The position numbers were made by a program, and so were the translations under genes. The notes under the pieces are model-generated. The model was not told where the DNA came from and ran no database searches. It worked only from the letters and a program-made list of their open reading frames with translations. From positions 256,001 through 320,000 of the forward strand of contig CAVQBK010000003.1 of the NCBI GenBank assembly GCA_963710755.1: a DNA stretch of 64,000 nt, in the 5' to 3' direction. How positions within the stretch are numbered: the first letter of the stretch is position 1; every line of letters begins with the position of its first letter. Below, in pieces: positions 39,338-50,489 of the stretch. The stretch comes from an uncultured bacterium (GTDB taxonomy: Bacteria; Oederibacteriota; JAAXVQ01; JAUVAV01).

Positions 39338-41926
39338 TCAGCTGTCCAATTGGCCGTTGATGTTTTCGATATCTTTTAAGAGCTCATCCAGATCTTCGCT
39401 GTCTCCCGGTACCTGCAGGGATGAAGATTCGCTGTCTTTCCCTAAATTTCCCATAAAGGCCGACAAATCATAGGGCGATCCATCCTTGTCTTCGTCCTTT
39501 GCCGTCTTGTCCGGTTTTTCCTTTTTCTCATCTATGGCCTTGACTTCATAGGCCTCCATGGGATTAACCACCTTGGGGCTGGCCTGGGCTGGCGGTGATG
39601 GTTCGTTCTCCACTTGCGGCGGCATGTCCATGGTGGTGGCCGAAAAGGTCATGGTATGAGGCGATGATCCGGTTGATTCGGCGGTCGCGACTTTGCTCTT
39701 GGGCATGGTGACCACGGCCTCGTTGCCGCTTTCCGGCAGGCCACGCATGGTGATAAACCCATGATGCAATTTGACGATTTGATTGATGATGGCAAAACGC
39801 AGCCCAGTTCCCGCATAATCAGAACCGGCCTTGCTATCCTGGCCGTTGTAGGCATTGAACACGTGCTTGATTTGTGCCTGCGATAGCGGGGTGCCGCCGT
39901 CGCGCACTTTGACGACCACGTCACTCAAGGTTTCGGTAGCGGTTATTTTAACTTCACCGCTAAAGGGCGTGATTTTAATGGCATGCTGCACCAGATTGAT
40001 GAAGACCTGGCCCATGCGGTCACTATTGATCTTGATCAGCGGCAGATGGGATTGAATTTCAGTGGCGATTTTAATTTGTTTGGTATCCGCCTGTGGTTGC
40101 ATATTTAATACCACGTCCTGCAACATAGCCACCAAATCCGTGGCCGTGGTATACCATTCCGTACCCTCGCTTTCCATATGCGAAATATCCAGCAGATCGT
40201 TGATTTGACGCTCCAGGCGGGCACTTTTATTGATCACATCCCCCAGAAATTCCTGCTGAGCATCGGTGATTTTTCCTTCTTCTGAAGAGAGAATGGAACT
40301 GATGTAATTTTTAATAACCAACAGGGTGGCCTTCAGATCCTCCGACATGTGCGTGATTGCCTCGATTCTGAGGGCTCCTGATTGTTTGACAATTTCCACC
40401 ATTTCCAGATCTTCCGCTGAGATCGCCGGAGCAGCAGCCTGTTGAGCCGCTTGTTCCACCTTTAGTTGTGCTTCGGTCAGGGCTTGTTGCAGTTTTTCAT
40501 TCTTGTTTTGCAGTTCTTCCAGTTGCTGCTGCGCTTGGGAGAGACGGCCGTCATCTTCCTGCAAGCCCGACTCTTGGATTTGTTGAGCTTGATAGAGCTG
40601 CGTGCGCAATTCATCCATTTCGTTTTCCCAGTTCAGTTTTTCCTGGGCATGACGGTGCTCCGCTTCTTCCAGGCCGGCGGTGTTATCGGCTGCTGGCGCA
40701 GGTTCCGCTGCGGCCAGACTCTGGGTTTTTTCGATCAAGGTATTAATATAGAAAACCAATTGCTCCCACGGTCCTTTGCTCTTGATGGCCAGAGGCCGGG
40801 GTAGTTCCTGCTCGGCAACTTGTTCGGCCAGTTGGCGGTTGATTTTTCCCAGGGGCGAAAGATTACCGCCACTGACCAACGCCAGCAACAGCAACGTGAT
40901 GAGCAAAATGACCGCATAGCCTCCCAGGATAATGGGATTATTGAACAGATCGTTGATCTTAGCGGAGGAGGCCAGGGCTTTTTCAAATCCTGATACAGGC
41001 ATAAGCCCATACACGGCCAGCGGCTGTTTTTCCAGTGGTTCCACCGCAAGAATATAATTTTTGTTTTTCCAATGGGCTTTGAAAAATTTTGGACCGGCTT
41101 GTTGAATAAGATCGGCGGTCTTCTTTTGCGGTTGATTGATCAATTGCTCCATCTGTTCGGGAAGATGGTTTTGATCGGAGCTGATATAAATTTTACCTTG
41201 ATTGTCGCCTACCAAGGTAAAAATCCCGCGCTGGCCGGCGTTCTTTTTTAGATCTTGCGGACTGATTTTTATGGCCACATTAAGGACACCCAGAAAAGCG
41301 CTGGTGTTGGACAGGCAGGGTGCCATAATGGTTAAAATCGGCGTCTTGTCGGCTGTGACAAATCCCATGGTCGTACTGCGCTGAACGCGAGCTTGATTAA
41401 AGCGTTTGGAATCGACCTTGGCTGAAGGTGGTGGTGAAGTTCCGGCCGCCGCCAACCGCGCTCCTTGGACATCGGTTACATAAGCCCAGATCCATTGGGC
41501 ATTGGTCTTAAGCTGCGCCTCCAACCGTGCCTGTTTGGCCTCACCCTTGCCGGGTAGGCGAAAGACTTTTTCATCCGCCAACCGTTCCACTTGGTTTTGA
41601 TAACGCTGCAGCCATTTTTCCACTTGCCGGCTCATGGTCAGGGTTTGCTGATAGAGCCGTTTTCCTCCCCGCTCCATTACGCGTCCCATTTCCATTTCAT
41701 TTACCCGGTTCTGCAGGGCTTGCATGGCCGATTTGTTTTCATTATCCCAATAATAAAAAAGTGCCATGGTCGCTGATAACGCCAGGATCAACACCAGACT
41801 TGTGCCCAACCAGCCTTTAAAGTGCACTGCTCCAACCTCTTTCTGGGTTAACTCCCTCGAGTTTATAGATCGGCCGGCCTTGGCCTCAAGCCGGGTTAAT
41901 GTTGGATCAGGGTCCCTTGGGGACAA
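39338..41926 (-). CDS. Membrane sensor pseudo-histidine kinase (Cache-like sensor, coiled coil, degenerate HisKA/HATPase)
   Basis: Two TMs. HisKA-like SEDLKATL...LERQINDLLDIS and HATPase-like QVFINLVQHAIK, with catalytic residues substituted. Confidence 0.8.
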   Translation of the reverse strand: MSPRDPDPTLTRLEAKAGRSINSRELTQKEVGAVHFKGWLGTSLVLILALSATMALFYYWDNENKSAMQALQNRVNEMEMGRVMERGGKRLYQQTLTMSRQVEKWLQRYQNQVERLADEKVFRLPGKGEAKQARLEAQLKTNAQWIWAYVTDVQGARLAAAGTSPPPSAKVDSKRFNQARVQRSTTMGFVTADKTPILTIMAPCLSNTSAFLGVLNVAIKISPQDLKKNAGQRGIFTLVGDNQGKIYISSDQNHLPEQMEQLINQPQKKTADLIQQAGPKFFKAHWKNKNYILAVEPLEKQPLAVYGLMPVSGFEKALASSAKINDLFNNPIILGGYAVILLITLLLLALVSGGNLSPLGKINRQLAEQVAEQELPRPLAIKSKGPWEQLVFYINTLIEKTQSLAAAEPAPAADNTAGLEEAEHRHAQEKLNWENEMDELRTQLYQAQQIQESGLQEDDGRLSQAQQQLEELQNKNEKLQQALTEAQLKVEQAAQQAAAPAISAEDLEMVEIVKQSGALRIEAITHMSEDLKATLLVIKNYISSILSSEEGKITDAQQEFLGDVINKSARLERQINDLLDISHMESEGTEWYTTATDLVAMLQDVVLNMQPQADTKQIKIATEIQSHLPLIKINSDRMGQVFINLVQHAIKITPFSGEVKITATETLSDVVVKVRDGGTPLSQAQIKHVFNAYNGQDSKAGSDYAGTGLRFAIINQIVKLHHGFITMRGLPESGNEAVVTMPKSKVATAESTGSSPHTMTFSATTMDMPPQVENEPSPPAQASPKVVNPMEAYEVKAIDEKKEKPDKTAKDEDKDGSPYDLSAFMGNLGKDSESSSLQVPGDSEDLDELLKDIENINGQLDS

Positions 41927-41952
41927 CCTTGCGGCAAGCCGCAGAGGTTAAT

Positions 41953-44412
41953 TTAATCCTCGGGGATCACTACTTCTTCCTTGGCCGGCACTCTGGCCAC
42001 AGCACTGACAAAATCATTATCACCGACTTTAATCAGACGCACGCCCTGGGCATTACGCCCCACACGGCTGATATCTTTTATTGTCGTCCGAATCACGGTT
42101 CCAGTTGATGTGGTCAGCATCAATTCATCCATTTCTGAGACTGCTTTGATGGTGACCACCTCGCCGTTACGATCGGTGGCTTTGATATTGATCAGGCCTT
42201 GACCTCCCCGGCTTTGGATGCGGTATTCTTCCAGTTTGGTCCGTTTGCCAAAGCCTTTAGTGGTGACGGTCAGCAAGGAACCTTCCTGCGCCAGCACTTC
42301 CATGCCCACGACTTTGTCTTTGGCCTTAAGGCTGATGCCTCGCACGCCCCGGCCGGTGCGGCCGATCTCGCGAATACTATTCACTTTAAACCGGATGGCC
42401 TTGCCTTTTTGGGTGGCCAAAACCACGTCATCATCCGAGGATGCTTGCAGCACTTGCAGCAGGCTGTCACCATCCGCCAAGGACAGGGCGATGATACCTC
42501 CAGAACGGGGATTAGCAAACGCATCGAGACGTATTTTTTTGACCAGTCCAAGTTCCGTAGCCATCATCAAAAATTTATCTTCGCTGAATTCCTTCACCGG
42601 AATAAAGGCCTCTATGCTCTCCCCGGACTGAATATTAATCAGATTAACAATGGCCTTCCCTTTAGAGGTTCGTCCAGCTTCGGGAATTTCATAAACCTTA
42701 AGCCAATAACAACGGCCCTGGTTGGTGAAAAAGAGGATGTATTGATGGGTGGAGGCAATGAAAAGATGCTCCACAAAATCCTCCAGCTTGGTGGTAATAC
42801 CACTGATGCCCCGGCCACCACGGCGCTGGGCTTTGTAGGTGGAAACGGGCAATCTCTTAATATAACCCTGATTGGTAATGGTAATCACCATATCCTCTTC
42901 CGTGATCAAATCCTCAATGGAAAGATCGGCCTGGGCGGCAATGATTTCCGTCCGTCTGGCATCGCCGTACTTTTTCTTGATCTCCTCCAATTCCGTGGCG
43001 ATCAGGGACAATACTTTTTTAGGACTGGCTAGAATGGATTTCAGCCGTTCAATAGTTTTTAACAATTCCAGATACTCATCTTCGATTTTTTTACTTTCCA
43101 AATTGGTCAATTGCTGCAAACGCATATCTAAAATCGCCTGAGCCTGGAGGGCACTCAATTTGAAATTGGAAATAAGCGCCTCTCTGGCTTCGGCCGGCGT
43201 GGGCGAATTTCTGATAATGCGAATAACTTTGTCCAGAAACTGCAGGGCGATTTTTAACCCTTCTAAAATGTGCGCCCGCCGTTCCGCTTTGTCCAATTCA
43301 AATTTTGTCCGCCGGACCACGACTTCCCGACGATGTTCTAAAAAATGTTCCAATATTTGTTTAAGATTCAGGGTTTGCGGCCTTCCATGCACCAAGGCCA
43401 GCATATTAACCCCAAAACTGGAACGCAAGGAGGTGAATTTAAAAAGATTATTGAGCACCACCTGGGCATTGTCATTGCGCCCGATTTCCACAATAACCCT
43501 GACACCGTCCCGATCGGACTCATCGCGCAAATCGGTGATACCTTCAATTTTTTTATTGCGTACCAGTTGGGCCATGTTTTCAATTAGCGTGGCTTTGTTA
43601 ACCTGGTACGGCAGTTCGGTGATGACCAATCGTTCTTTACCGTTTTTAATCTGCTCCACTTTGACCTTGGCCTGCATTTTTACGGACCCGCGGCCAGTGG
43701 TATAAGCACTCAGGATGCCATCTTTACCTAGAATGTAAGCCCCTGTGGGAAAGTCGGGACCCTTAATATATTTTTTAATTAATTCTTTAATCTCAATGGC
43801 AGGATTTTCAATCAGGGCCAAGATGCCGTCGATCACCTCGTTTAAATTGTGGGGTGGAATATTGGTGGCCATACCCACGGCAATACCAGTGCCGCCATTG
43901 ACCAGGAGATTGGGAATGCGAACCGGCAGCAGTGCCGGTTCGGTAGTGCTGTCATCATAATTGGGAACAAAGGGGACTGTATCTTTGTCGATATCGGACA
44001 GCATTTCCGCAGAGATGCTGGAAAGCCGTGCTTCTGTATAACGCATGGCAGCGGGCGGATCCCCGTCCAGAGAACCAAAATTTCCCTGACCATCCACCAG
44101 TAAATAACGGGTATTAAAATCCTGAGCCATCCTGACCATGGTCTCATAAATGGCGGAATCCCCATGAGGATGATAATTACCCATGACCTCACCCACAATT
44201 TTGGCGGATTTACGGTAGGGTTTATTATGATGCAGCCCCATATCATGCATGCTGTACAGGATACGGCGGTGAACCGGTTTAAGACCGTCCCGGACATCAG
44301 GCAAAGCACGACCGACAATGACACTCATGGAATAATCGATATAGGAATGCCTCATTTCCTCTTCCACGAGGATGGGGGTTATTTTTTGTTGAGGATTTTC
44401 AGATGACTCCAT
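41953..44412 (-). CDS. gyrA: DNA gyrase subunit A
   Basis: [30 protein letters not shown], GyrA-box QRRGGRG. Confidence 0.98.
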   Translation of the reverse strand: MESSENPQQKITPILVEEEMRHSYIDYSMSVIVGRALPDVRDGLKPVHRRILYSMHDMGLHHNKPYRKSAKIVGEVMGNYHPHGDSAIYETMVRMAQDFNTRYLLVDGQGNFGSLDGDPPAAMRYTEARLSSISAEMLSDIDKDTVPFVPNYDDSTTEPALLPVRIPNLLVNGGTGIAVGMATNIPPHNLNEVIDGILALIENPAIEIKELIKKYIKGPDFPTGAYILGKDGILSAYTTGRGSVKMQAKVKVEQIKNGKERLVITELPYQVNKATLIENMAQLVRNKKIEGITDLRDESDRDGVRVIVEIGRNDNAQVVLNNLFKFTSLRSSFGVNMLALVHGRPQTLNLKQILEHFLEHRREVVVRRTKFELDKAERRAHILEGLKIALQFLDKVIRIIRNSPTPAEAREALISNFKLSALQAQAILDMRLQQLTNLESKKIEDEYLELLKTIERLKSILASPKKVLSLIATELEEIKKKYGDARRTEIIAAQADLSIEDLITEEDMVITITNQGYIKRLPVSTYKAQRRGGRGISGITTKLEDFVEHLFIASTHQYILFFTNQGRCYWLKVYEIPEAGRTSKGKAIVNLINIQSGESIEAFIPVKEFSEDKFLMMATELGLVKKIRLDAFANPRSGGIIALSLADGDSLLQVLQASSDDDVVLATQKGKAIRFKVNSIREIGRTGRGVRGISLKAKDKVVGMEVLAQEGSLLTVTTKGFGKRTKLEEYRIQSRGGQGLINIKATDRNGEVVTIKAVSEMDELMLTTSTGTVIRTTIKDISRVGRNAQGVRLIKVGDNDFVSAVARVPAKEEVVIPED

Positions 44413-44527
44413 ACGGTCCAGCTCCCTTAACCAAAATAAACAGATGATGAATAATAGATGCTTATTGTCCTGTGCTGATAAACGTAACTACTGCTCTTCA
44501 TGGCGATCATGAAATCTGATCATTGAC

Positions 44528-45628
44528 TTAAATGCGCATGGGCATAACCACACAAAGATAGTGTTGCTGCTCTTGCAAAGGTTTAAACAATCCGGGATTT
44601 AAATTGGTGGTCAGTTCCAGAGAACATTGTTCCGCACCGATGTTTTTTAAGACATCCATAATATATTTGGCATTAAAGGCCACCACAATATTATCACCGG
44701 GATAATTGACCTCCAATTCTTCCTGAGCTTCTCCAACTTCCGGCGTATTGGCCGTAATCATCATCTTGCCCTGGCTGATGGCGTATTTCACGGAATTGGA
44801 TTTATCAGAAGCCATCAACGCCACCCGGCGGGTGGCGGCCAATAAGGGAGAAACTTCTATTTCTATTTTTTTATCCGATTGCTTGGGAATCACTTGTTCA
44901 TAGTTGGGAAATTGGCCATCAATCAAACGGGACATTAAAATAATTTCAGGCGTGGAAAAGATAATTTGATTATCGTTAAGCTGAATATTCAATTCCCCTT
45001 CATCATCCAATATTTTATTTAATTCCTGCAGGGCTTTGGCGGGCACAATGTGATTAAATTTTTGATTGGGTGCTTTTTCAAGATCTTGATTATACAAAGA
45101 CAAGCGATGGCCGTCGGTGGACACCATCAGCAAACGATTATCCTCCACCAAAAACAAAACCCCATTGAGAACATACCGGGTTTCGTCGGTGGAAACAGAA
45201 AAAATAATCTTTTTGATCATATCTTGAAAAAGACTTTTGGCGATCTGGAAGCCTTTGTCGTTTTTGGCTTTGGGGAGTATGGGATATTCATCTTTAGGCA
45301 GGCCGTTTAATTTAAAGATGGATTTATCACAAACCAAAGTGACCAGATGATGGTCATTGACCGTTACTGTAATATCTTTATCCGGCAATTCACGAACAAT
45401 CTCTGCCAAGCGTTTGGCAGGAATAGTGGTACTGCCGGTATCGCTGATTTCTGCCGGAATCTGGCATTTGATGGAGACTTCCAAGTCCGTGGTGGACAGT
45501 TTTAACGTTTGATCATCTGTTTCCACCAAAATGTTGGAGAGAATAGGCAAGGTATTACGGCTGGATACGGCATTAATGACGGTTTGTACACCGTGCATTA
45601 GATCAGAACGTTTACAGATGAATTTCAT
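44528..45628 (-). CDS. dnaN: DNA polymerase III beta clamp
   Basis: LPILSN, TDLE, RYVLNG, TDGHRL, LIDGQFPNY, VVMPMRI. Confidence 0.98.
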   Translation of the reverse strand: MKFICKRSDLMHGVQTVINAVSSRNTLPILSNILVETDDQTLKLSTTDLEVSIKCQIPAEISDTGSTTIPAKRLAEIVRELPDKDITVTVNDHHLVTLVCDKSIFKLNGLPKDEYPILPKAKNDKGFQIAKSLFQDMIKKIIFSVSTDETRYVLNGVLFLVEDNRLLMVSTDGHRLSLYNQDLEKAPNQKFNHIVPAKALQELNKILDDEGELNIQLNDNQIIFSTPEIILMSRLIDGQFPNYEQVIPKQSDKKIEIEVSPLLAATRRVALMASDKSNSVKYAISQGKMMITANTPEVGEAQEELEVNYPGDNIVVAFNAKYIMDVLKNIGAEQCSLELTTNLNPGLFKPLQEQQHYLCVVMPMRI

Positions 45629-45659
45629 GAACGAGCCTCCTATTAATAAGAATGATCTT

Positions 45660-45917
45660 TAATAGTTTAATAAAATAAGTAGTACTAGTAGTAGGGCCTG
45701 TTAATATGTTAAGAACCCGAAAAACAATGTCCATGTAAAGCTAAAGTCAAAGTAAGAGTTGTTGACAAATTAAGAACAAGTGTCGAATTAAATCAAGATT
45801 ATTAACACCTTGAAAGGATTTTTAAATGTTCCACATTCAAGGCATGGTAATCAACAGAAAAAACAATTCTTATTAACAGGCAATCCCAAAGATATTCTTA
45901 ATACTCCATGTTGATTT
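45660..45917 (-). other. oriC: oriC downstream half: DnaA-box variants and basal unwinding element (box-box-GGCCC-DnaA-trios-AT-rich)
   Basis: Minus strand reads TTCTTAACATATTAACA GGCCC TACTACTAGTACTACTTATTTTATTAAA (45715 to ~45665). Further boxes at 45760, 45799, 45827, 45848, 45870 and 45909. Confidence 0.85.
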
Positions 45918-47299
45918 TATAGGGCATTTTCTTTAAGCTGATTAATCAACCGGTTAACCAATTGACGCAATTTATCATCATGATTAAGTTTTTCTTTTAT
46001 TTTATCAAACCCATAAATGACCGTGGTGTGATCCTTACCGCCGAAAAACTTGCCAATTTCAGGAAGGGAAAAATCTGTTAATTCTCTGGCCAGATACATG
46101 GCGATCTGACGGGGATAAACAATAGAGGATGTTCTTTTCTTTGCTTTCAGATCGGAAATTTTTAAACTGAATTCATTGGCCACCATTTCAGTAATGACTT
46201 CAATAGTAATGGGTTTGTAATCACGGTTAAACAAATCGCGCAGCACTTCCCGGGTTAATTCCAGAGAAATTTCACTTTTGGTTAAAGAAGCGTAAGCAAT
46301 CACCCTGATTAATGAACCTTCCAATTCTCGCACATTGGATTTAATTTGGTTGGCAATATAGGCCAACACATCATTGGGCACAATAACTTTTTCCGATTCC
46401 GCCATTTTGCTTAAAATAGCCATACGCGTTTCAAAATCAGGTGATTGAATATCCGCCACCAGGCCCCATTCAAAGCGGGAACGCAACCGTTCTTCCAACT
46501 TGATTTCCTTGGGGTGAGAATCGGAAGTGGCCACGATTTGCTTTTGGACATTGTAAAGATCATTAAAGGTATGGAAAAATTCTTCTTGCGTACTTTCTTT
46601 GCCCACCAGGAACTGAATATCATCAATCAATAAAACATCGACGGTGCGAAAACGTTCCCGGAAGGCACGCATATTACCGCTGCTGATGGCAGCGATCATT
46701 TCATTCATAAATGTTTCCGATGAAACATAAACCACCCGTTTGTCCGGTGTTGTCTGATGAACAAAATTGCCGATGGCATGAAGCAGATGGGTTTTGCCTA
46801 AACCCACGCCGCCGTAAATAAATAAGGGGTTGTAAGATTTGGCCGGTGCTTCGGCAACGGAGAGTGTGGCTGCATGCGCAAAACGATTACTATTTCCCAC
46901 CACAAAACTATTAAAGGTGTATTTAGAATTGAGAGGTGTAATACTGGTGGAAAGGGATTCTTCTTTTCTATAACTGGATTCAGCGTCCTTTGGTGATGGC
47001 CCGGAAGCAAAGGGCATGACCGGCGTAGGTTTGGACGATTGCTGGAGATCAGAAGCAATAACAAAATAAATGGAAACCGGTTCAGAAGCTTTTTGACTGG
47101 CAATGTCTTGAAGACGGGAAAGATAATGTTCATTAAGCCAGTCACAAAAAAAACGGCTCGGTACTTCGATAACTAATTTATTTTCGGAGTACGTTAAAGG
47201 CCGTGTAGGTTTGAACCAAGTTTCAAAACTTTGTTTATTTAAATTCGATTCCAGATCGTCAAGAATTAAGGACCAAAGATTTTGGCTGGTCAACGACAT
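45917..47299 (-). CDS. dnaA: Chromosomal replication initiator DnaA
   Basis: YTFNSFVVG, GGVGLGKTHL, LIDDIQ, RLRSRF, NVRELEG, KDHTTV. Confidence 0.99.
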   Translation of the reverse strand: MSLTSQNLWSLILDDLESNLNKQSFETWFKPTRPLTYSENKLVIEVPSRFFCDWLNEHYLSRLQDIASQKASEPVSIYFVIASDLQQSSKPTPVMPFASGPSPKDAESSYRKEESLSTSITPLNSKYTFNSFVVGNSNRFAHAATLSVAEAPAKSYNPLFIYGGVGLGKTHLLHAIGNFVHQTTPDKRVVYVSSETFMNEMIAAISSGNMRAFRERFRTVDVLLIDDIQFLVGKESTQEEFFHTFNDLYNVQKQIVATSDSHPKEIKLEERLRSRFEWGLVADIQSPDFETRMAILSKMAESEKVIVPNDVLAYIANQIKSNVRELEGSLIRVIAYASLTKSEISLELTREVLRDLFNRDYKPITIEVITEMVANEFSLKISDLKAKKRTSSIVYPRQIAMYLARELTDFSLPEIGKFFGGKDHTTVIYGFDKIKEKLNHDDKLRQLVNRLINQLKENAL

Positions 47300-47404
47300 C
47301 AGTATTACCTCAAGGTTAAAATTTATTCAGGGAATGCCAAAATTCTACAAGAAAGTAGGAAGATTTTTATTCAGGACGATCCGGTCAAGAATGATGGCGC
47401 AATC

Positions 47405-47473
47405 ATTGTAGTATGACTTGATAAATTCCACAAATAAAAAATAATCCACAAAAATATCCACATCTGTGGAAAA
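47405..47473. promoter_or_regulatory. DnaA box cluster upstream of dnaA, overlapping the putative dnaA promoter
   Basis: AATTCCACA 47424, TAATCCACA 47442, ATATCCACA 47454, TGTGGAAAA 47465. Minus-strand TACAAT at 47405-47410. Confidence 0.8.
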
Positions 47474-47688
47474 GAAGATAAGTTGTTAAAAAACAAGCTG
47501 TTTTGCGCAAAGGTTAAAGTAGTTTACCAGTAATGGAATTTATTTGCAGTCACTTAACGAGGTTAATCGAGCATGGCGCCCATTGGCCATTCTTAAACCG
47601 GGCAAGAAACATCATTTCAAAATTGATCATCAGCCGCCCGCCAAGACAAAAGAAACCATAAAATATAGGGAAAAAGACTTTAAATAAC

Positions 47689-47717
47689 TTGACAAGCGAA
47701 AGCAGTTTGAGTAAATT
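47689..47717 (+). promoter_or_regulatory. Sigma70-like promoter of the rpmH operon
   Basis: TTGACA-17 bp-TAAATT. Confidence 0.65.
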
Positions 47718-47766
47718 AAACTGCTCCATTAATAAAGTAGGAAGGGAACAGAAGGGAATTTGACTC

Positions 47767-47904
47767 ATGAGCAAAAGAACATTTCAACCCAATAATGATA
47801 AACGTAAAAAAGACCATGGTTTCAGAAAACGTATGAAAACCAAAAGTGGGCAAAACGTTATTAATAATCGGCGCGCCAAGGGAAGGAAACGTTTATCTGC
47901 ATAA
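47767..47904 (+). CDS. rpmH: 50S ribosomal protein L34 (below the ORF-track cut-off)
   Basis: Translated by hand: [45 protein letters not shown]. Confidence 0.97.
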   Translation: MSKRTFQPNNDKRKKDHGFRKRMKTKSGQNVINNRRAKGRKRLSA

Positions 47905-47905
47905 C

Positions 47906-48274
47906 ATGCAGACGCGTTATACCTTTTCCAAAGATAAGCGTATTCATTTGGACAGTGATTATAAACGCTTGTTTTTTAAAGGGAAAAAATTCAGCAGCTT
48001 ACATTTAAGAATTTATTTTCTTGTGGAAGACGGCCCCAGACAGATGGGTGTGGTCATAAGCCGAAAACTCAAAGGTGCCGTGAGACGTAACCGTCATAAA
48101 CGGTTGATCCGTGAATATTTTAGATTAAACCAATACAAGCTCCGGGATCATTTGAAATTGGTGATATTTGTAACCACATGTTTCCAACCCGCATCATACA
48201 AAGCGCTTGAACAAGAATTGACCAGGTTATTGGAAAAAGCCCATTTAATGGAAAACACCAGCATTGAGGCTTAA
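47906..48274 (+). CDS. rnpA: Ribonuclease P protein component
   Basis: [13 protein letters not shown] (RNR motif). ATG directly after rpmH. Confidence 0.93.
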   Translation: MQTRYTFSKDKRIHLDSDYKRLFFKGKKFSSLHLRIYFLVEDGPRQMGVVISRKLKGAVRRNRHKRLIREYFRLNQYKLRDHLKLVIFVTTCFQPASYKALEQELTRLLEKAHLMENTSIEA

Positions 48275-48336
48275 TCCATCACAACCATAATCCCCAGACC
48301 GAGAGTATCGGGCTTAATGACGGGGGTATAAATATA

Positions 48337-48546
48337 ATGAAAAAAATATTGGTTATACTGATCCGATTATACCAAAAGATCATTTCTCCTTTTCTGCCAC
48401 GTTCTTGCCGTTTTTATCCTACTTGTTCTGACTATGCGGCCCAAGCTATAGAAAAGTATGGAATGATGAAAGGGTGTTGGTTGGGTCTTAAGCGCCTAGG
48501 CCGATGTCATCCGTTTCATCCGGGAGGCATTGATCCTGTACCCTAG
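48337..48546 (+). CDS. yidD: Membrane protein insertion efficiency factor
   Basis: [24 protein letters not shown]. Confidence 0.96.
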   Translation: MKKILVILIRLYQKIISPFLPRSCRFYPTCSDYAAQAIEKYGMMKGCWLGLKRLGRCHPFHPGGIDPVP

Positions 48547-48647
48547 ACAGAGTGAAATGTAAGGCTATTATAATGATAAAAAATAGATAATAATCTCCAT
48601 GCTTATCACGGCACAACCTATTATTTAAGGACCTAGGAGTCAGGGGA

Positions 48648-50240
48648 ATGGACAGACGTTTCATTATATTTATCGTATTTTCAATTATCGTATTATATGG
48701 GTGGCAATATTTGGGTCATAAGGATAACACCAACCCTGCACCGGCCGTAAAAACCCAAGAACAAACTGTAAACAACGAAATTAAGCAGGAAAAAACCAAA
48801 AATAGTATAAATATAACTAATAATGATAATTTATTAATACAAAACAATAAAAATAAAGAAGAAAAAATAAATAAAATTAGCAATGGCAATGTCACTATCG
48901 AAGCCACCAATAAAGGTGCCCGCCTTACTCATGTGATTATTGATTATGTACATCAGAAAGAAGATGAAATTGACGATCTGGTCGACCAATTGGATCGTAA
49001 TGATTATCTTGCCTTAAAAACCACTCTTAATAATCGGAATATAAATTTTAATGATATGATTTGGGATGTAAAAGAGGAAGACAAATCATTAATTTATTCA
49101 TTAAAATTGAAAAATAATGTAAAAATAATTAAAAAAATTGAATTAAATGATAATAATACTGGATCAATAATACTGGAAATAGCCAATAATAGTGATCAAG
49201 AAATCTCTTTTAAAAATATAGCTTTACAATGGGGTCCTGGAAAAAGTCCAGAGGGTAATCGTTTTAATGTAAAAAGTATCGTGGCTTTAATGGGAAGAAA
49301 AGTCGATCGATTTAAGCCAAAAAAGAAAGAACAAGTTACTAATTTAGATGTAAAAAATGGTTTTTTTGGAATGCAAAGCCAATATTTTTGTTCATTATTT
49401 TACCAAAACAATGAATTTATTAAAAATATTACGGTTAAACAAAATGCCAACCAAACTTTAGATTTAATTATGCATTATAATAACGTGAATTTAAAACCAG
49501 GAAAAAATGAAATAATGCCAATTTCATTTTATTTTGGCCCGGAAAATTATGATAAACTATCAAAACTTAATATTGGTGCTCAAAAAGTAGTTGATTTTGG
49601 TATTTTTAGATTTTTAAGTGTGCCCATGTATCATGTACTTAAGTTTCTGTATAAGATAACAGGGAATTATGGTATTGCAATTATTTTATTAACTATCCTA
49701 ATACGCGGTATTTTATGGTGGCCAACTCATCGAAGTCAGACCTCCATGAAAAAAATGCAGACAGCCATGAGCAAGATGCAGCCGCGATTGAAAACATTGA
49801 AAGAGATTTATAAAGACAATCCCCAAAAATTAAATGAAGAAACCATGAAACTCTATAAAGAGTATCAAATTAACCCCATGGGCGGTTGTTTGCCCATGTT
49901 ATTAATGATGCCTGTTTTATTCGCTATGTTTTCTATTATGCGATCAGCAGTAGAACTAAAAGGGGCGGCCTTTTTTTGGATTTGGCAGGATCTTTCAGCT
50001 AAAGATCCTTTATATATTCTACCGATCGCCATGGGGTTGAGTATGTTTATTCAGCAAAAAATCTCAACGCCGCCGGCTGCAACAACTGAAGCAGCGACTC
50101 AACAAAAACTGATGTTGTATTTAATGCCGGCAATGTTGACCTTTTTCTCCTTTATGTGGCCATCAGGCTTATTACTCTACTGGGTTGTATCCAATATCCT
50201 ATCTATTGGTCAACAGGTATTAATCAATCGCAAAGCATAA
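48648..50240 (+). CDS. yidC: Membrane protein insertase YidC (long periplasmic-domain form)
   Basis: GNYGIAIILLT, NPMGGCLP, WQDLSAKDP, GLLLYW. Confidence 0.96.
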   Translation: MDRRFIIFIVFSIIVLYGWQYLGHKDNTNPAPAVKTQEQTVNNEIKQEKTKNSINITNNDNLLIQNNKNKEEKINKISNGNVTIEATNKGARLTHVIIDYVHQKEDEIDDLVDQLDRNDYLALKTTLNNRNINFNDMIWDVKEEDKSLIYSLKLKNNVKIIKKIELNDNNTGSIILEIANNSDQEISFKNIALQWGPGKSPEGNRFNVKSIVALMGRKVDRFKPKKKEQVTNLDVKNGFFGMQSQYFCSLFYQNNEFIKNITVKQNANQTLDLIMHYNNVNLKPGKNEIMPISFYFGPENYDKLSKLNIGAQKVVDFGIFRFLSVPMYHVLKFLYKITGNYGIAIILLTILIRGILWWPTHRSQTSMKKMQTAMSKMQPRLKTLKEIYKDNPQKLNEETMKLYKEYQINPMGGCLPMLLMMPVLFAMFSIMRSAVELKGAAFFWIWQDLSAKDPLYILPIAMGLSMFIQQKISTPPAATTEAATQQKLMLYLMPAMLTFFSFMWPSGLLLYWVVSNILSIGQQVLINRKA

Positions 50241-50489
50241 TTTATTTAAATGAAACAAATACTAGATTAAATTTGGATAATATATACTGGAGCAGCTAGG
50301 AACGTGACCTTTTAGTCGGACTGTTTGTTATGTGGTCATCATACAGGAGTCCTTGATTTTAAAGTCTTTCTGGACCACGATTTAAGTGATAAACCCTGAA
50401 ATTTGACTAATGATTCATGATCCAGAGTAAATCATGATTATAAATTATGATTGATAAAATCAATAGCTTTTTGGCCGGAGGGTAAGCCT

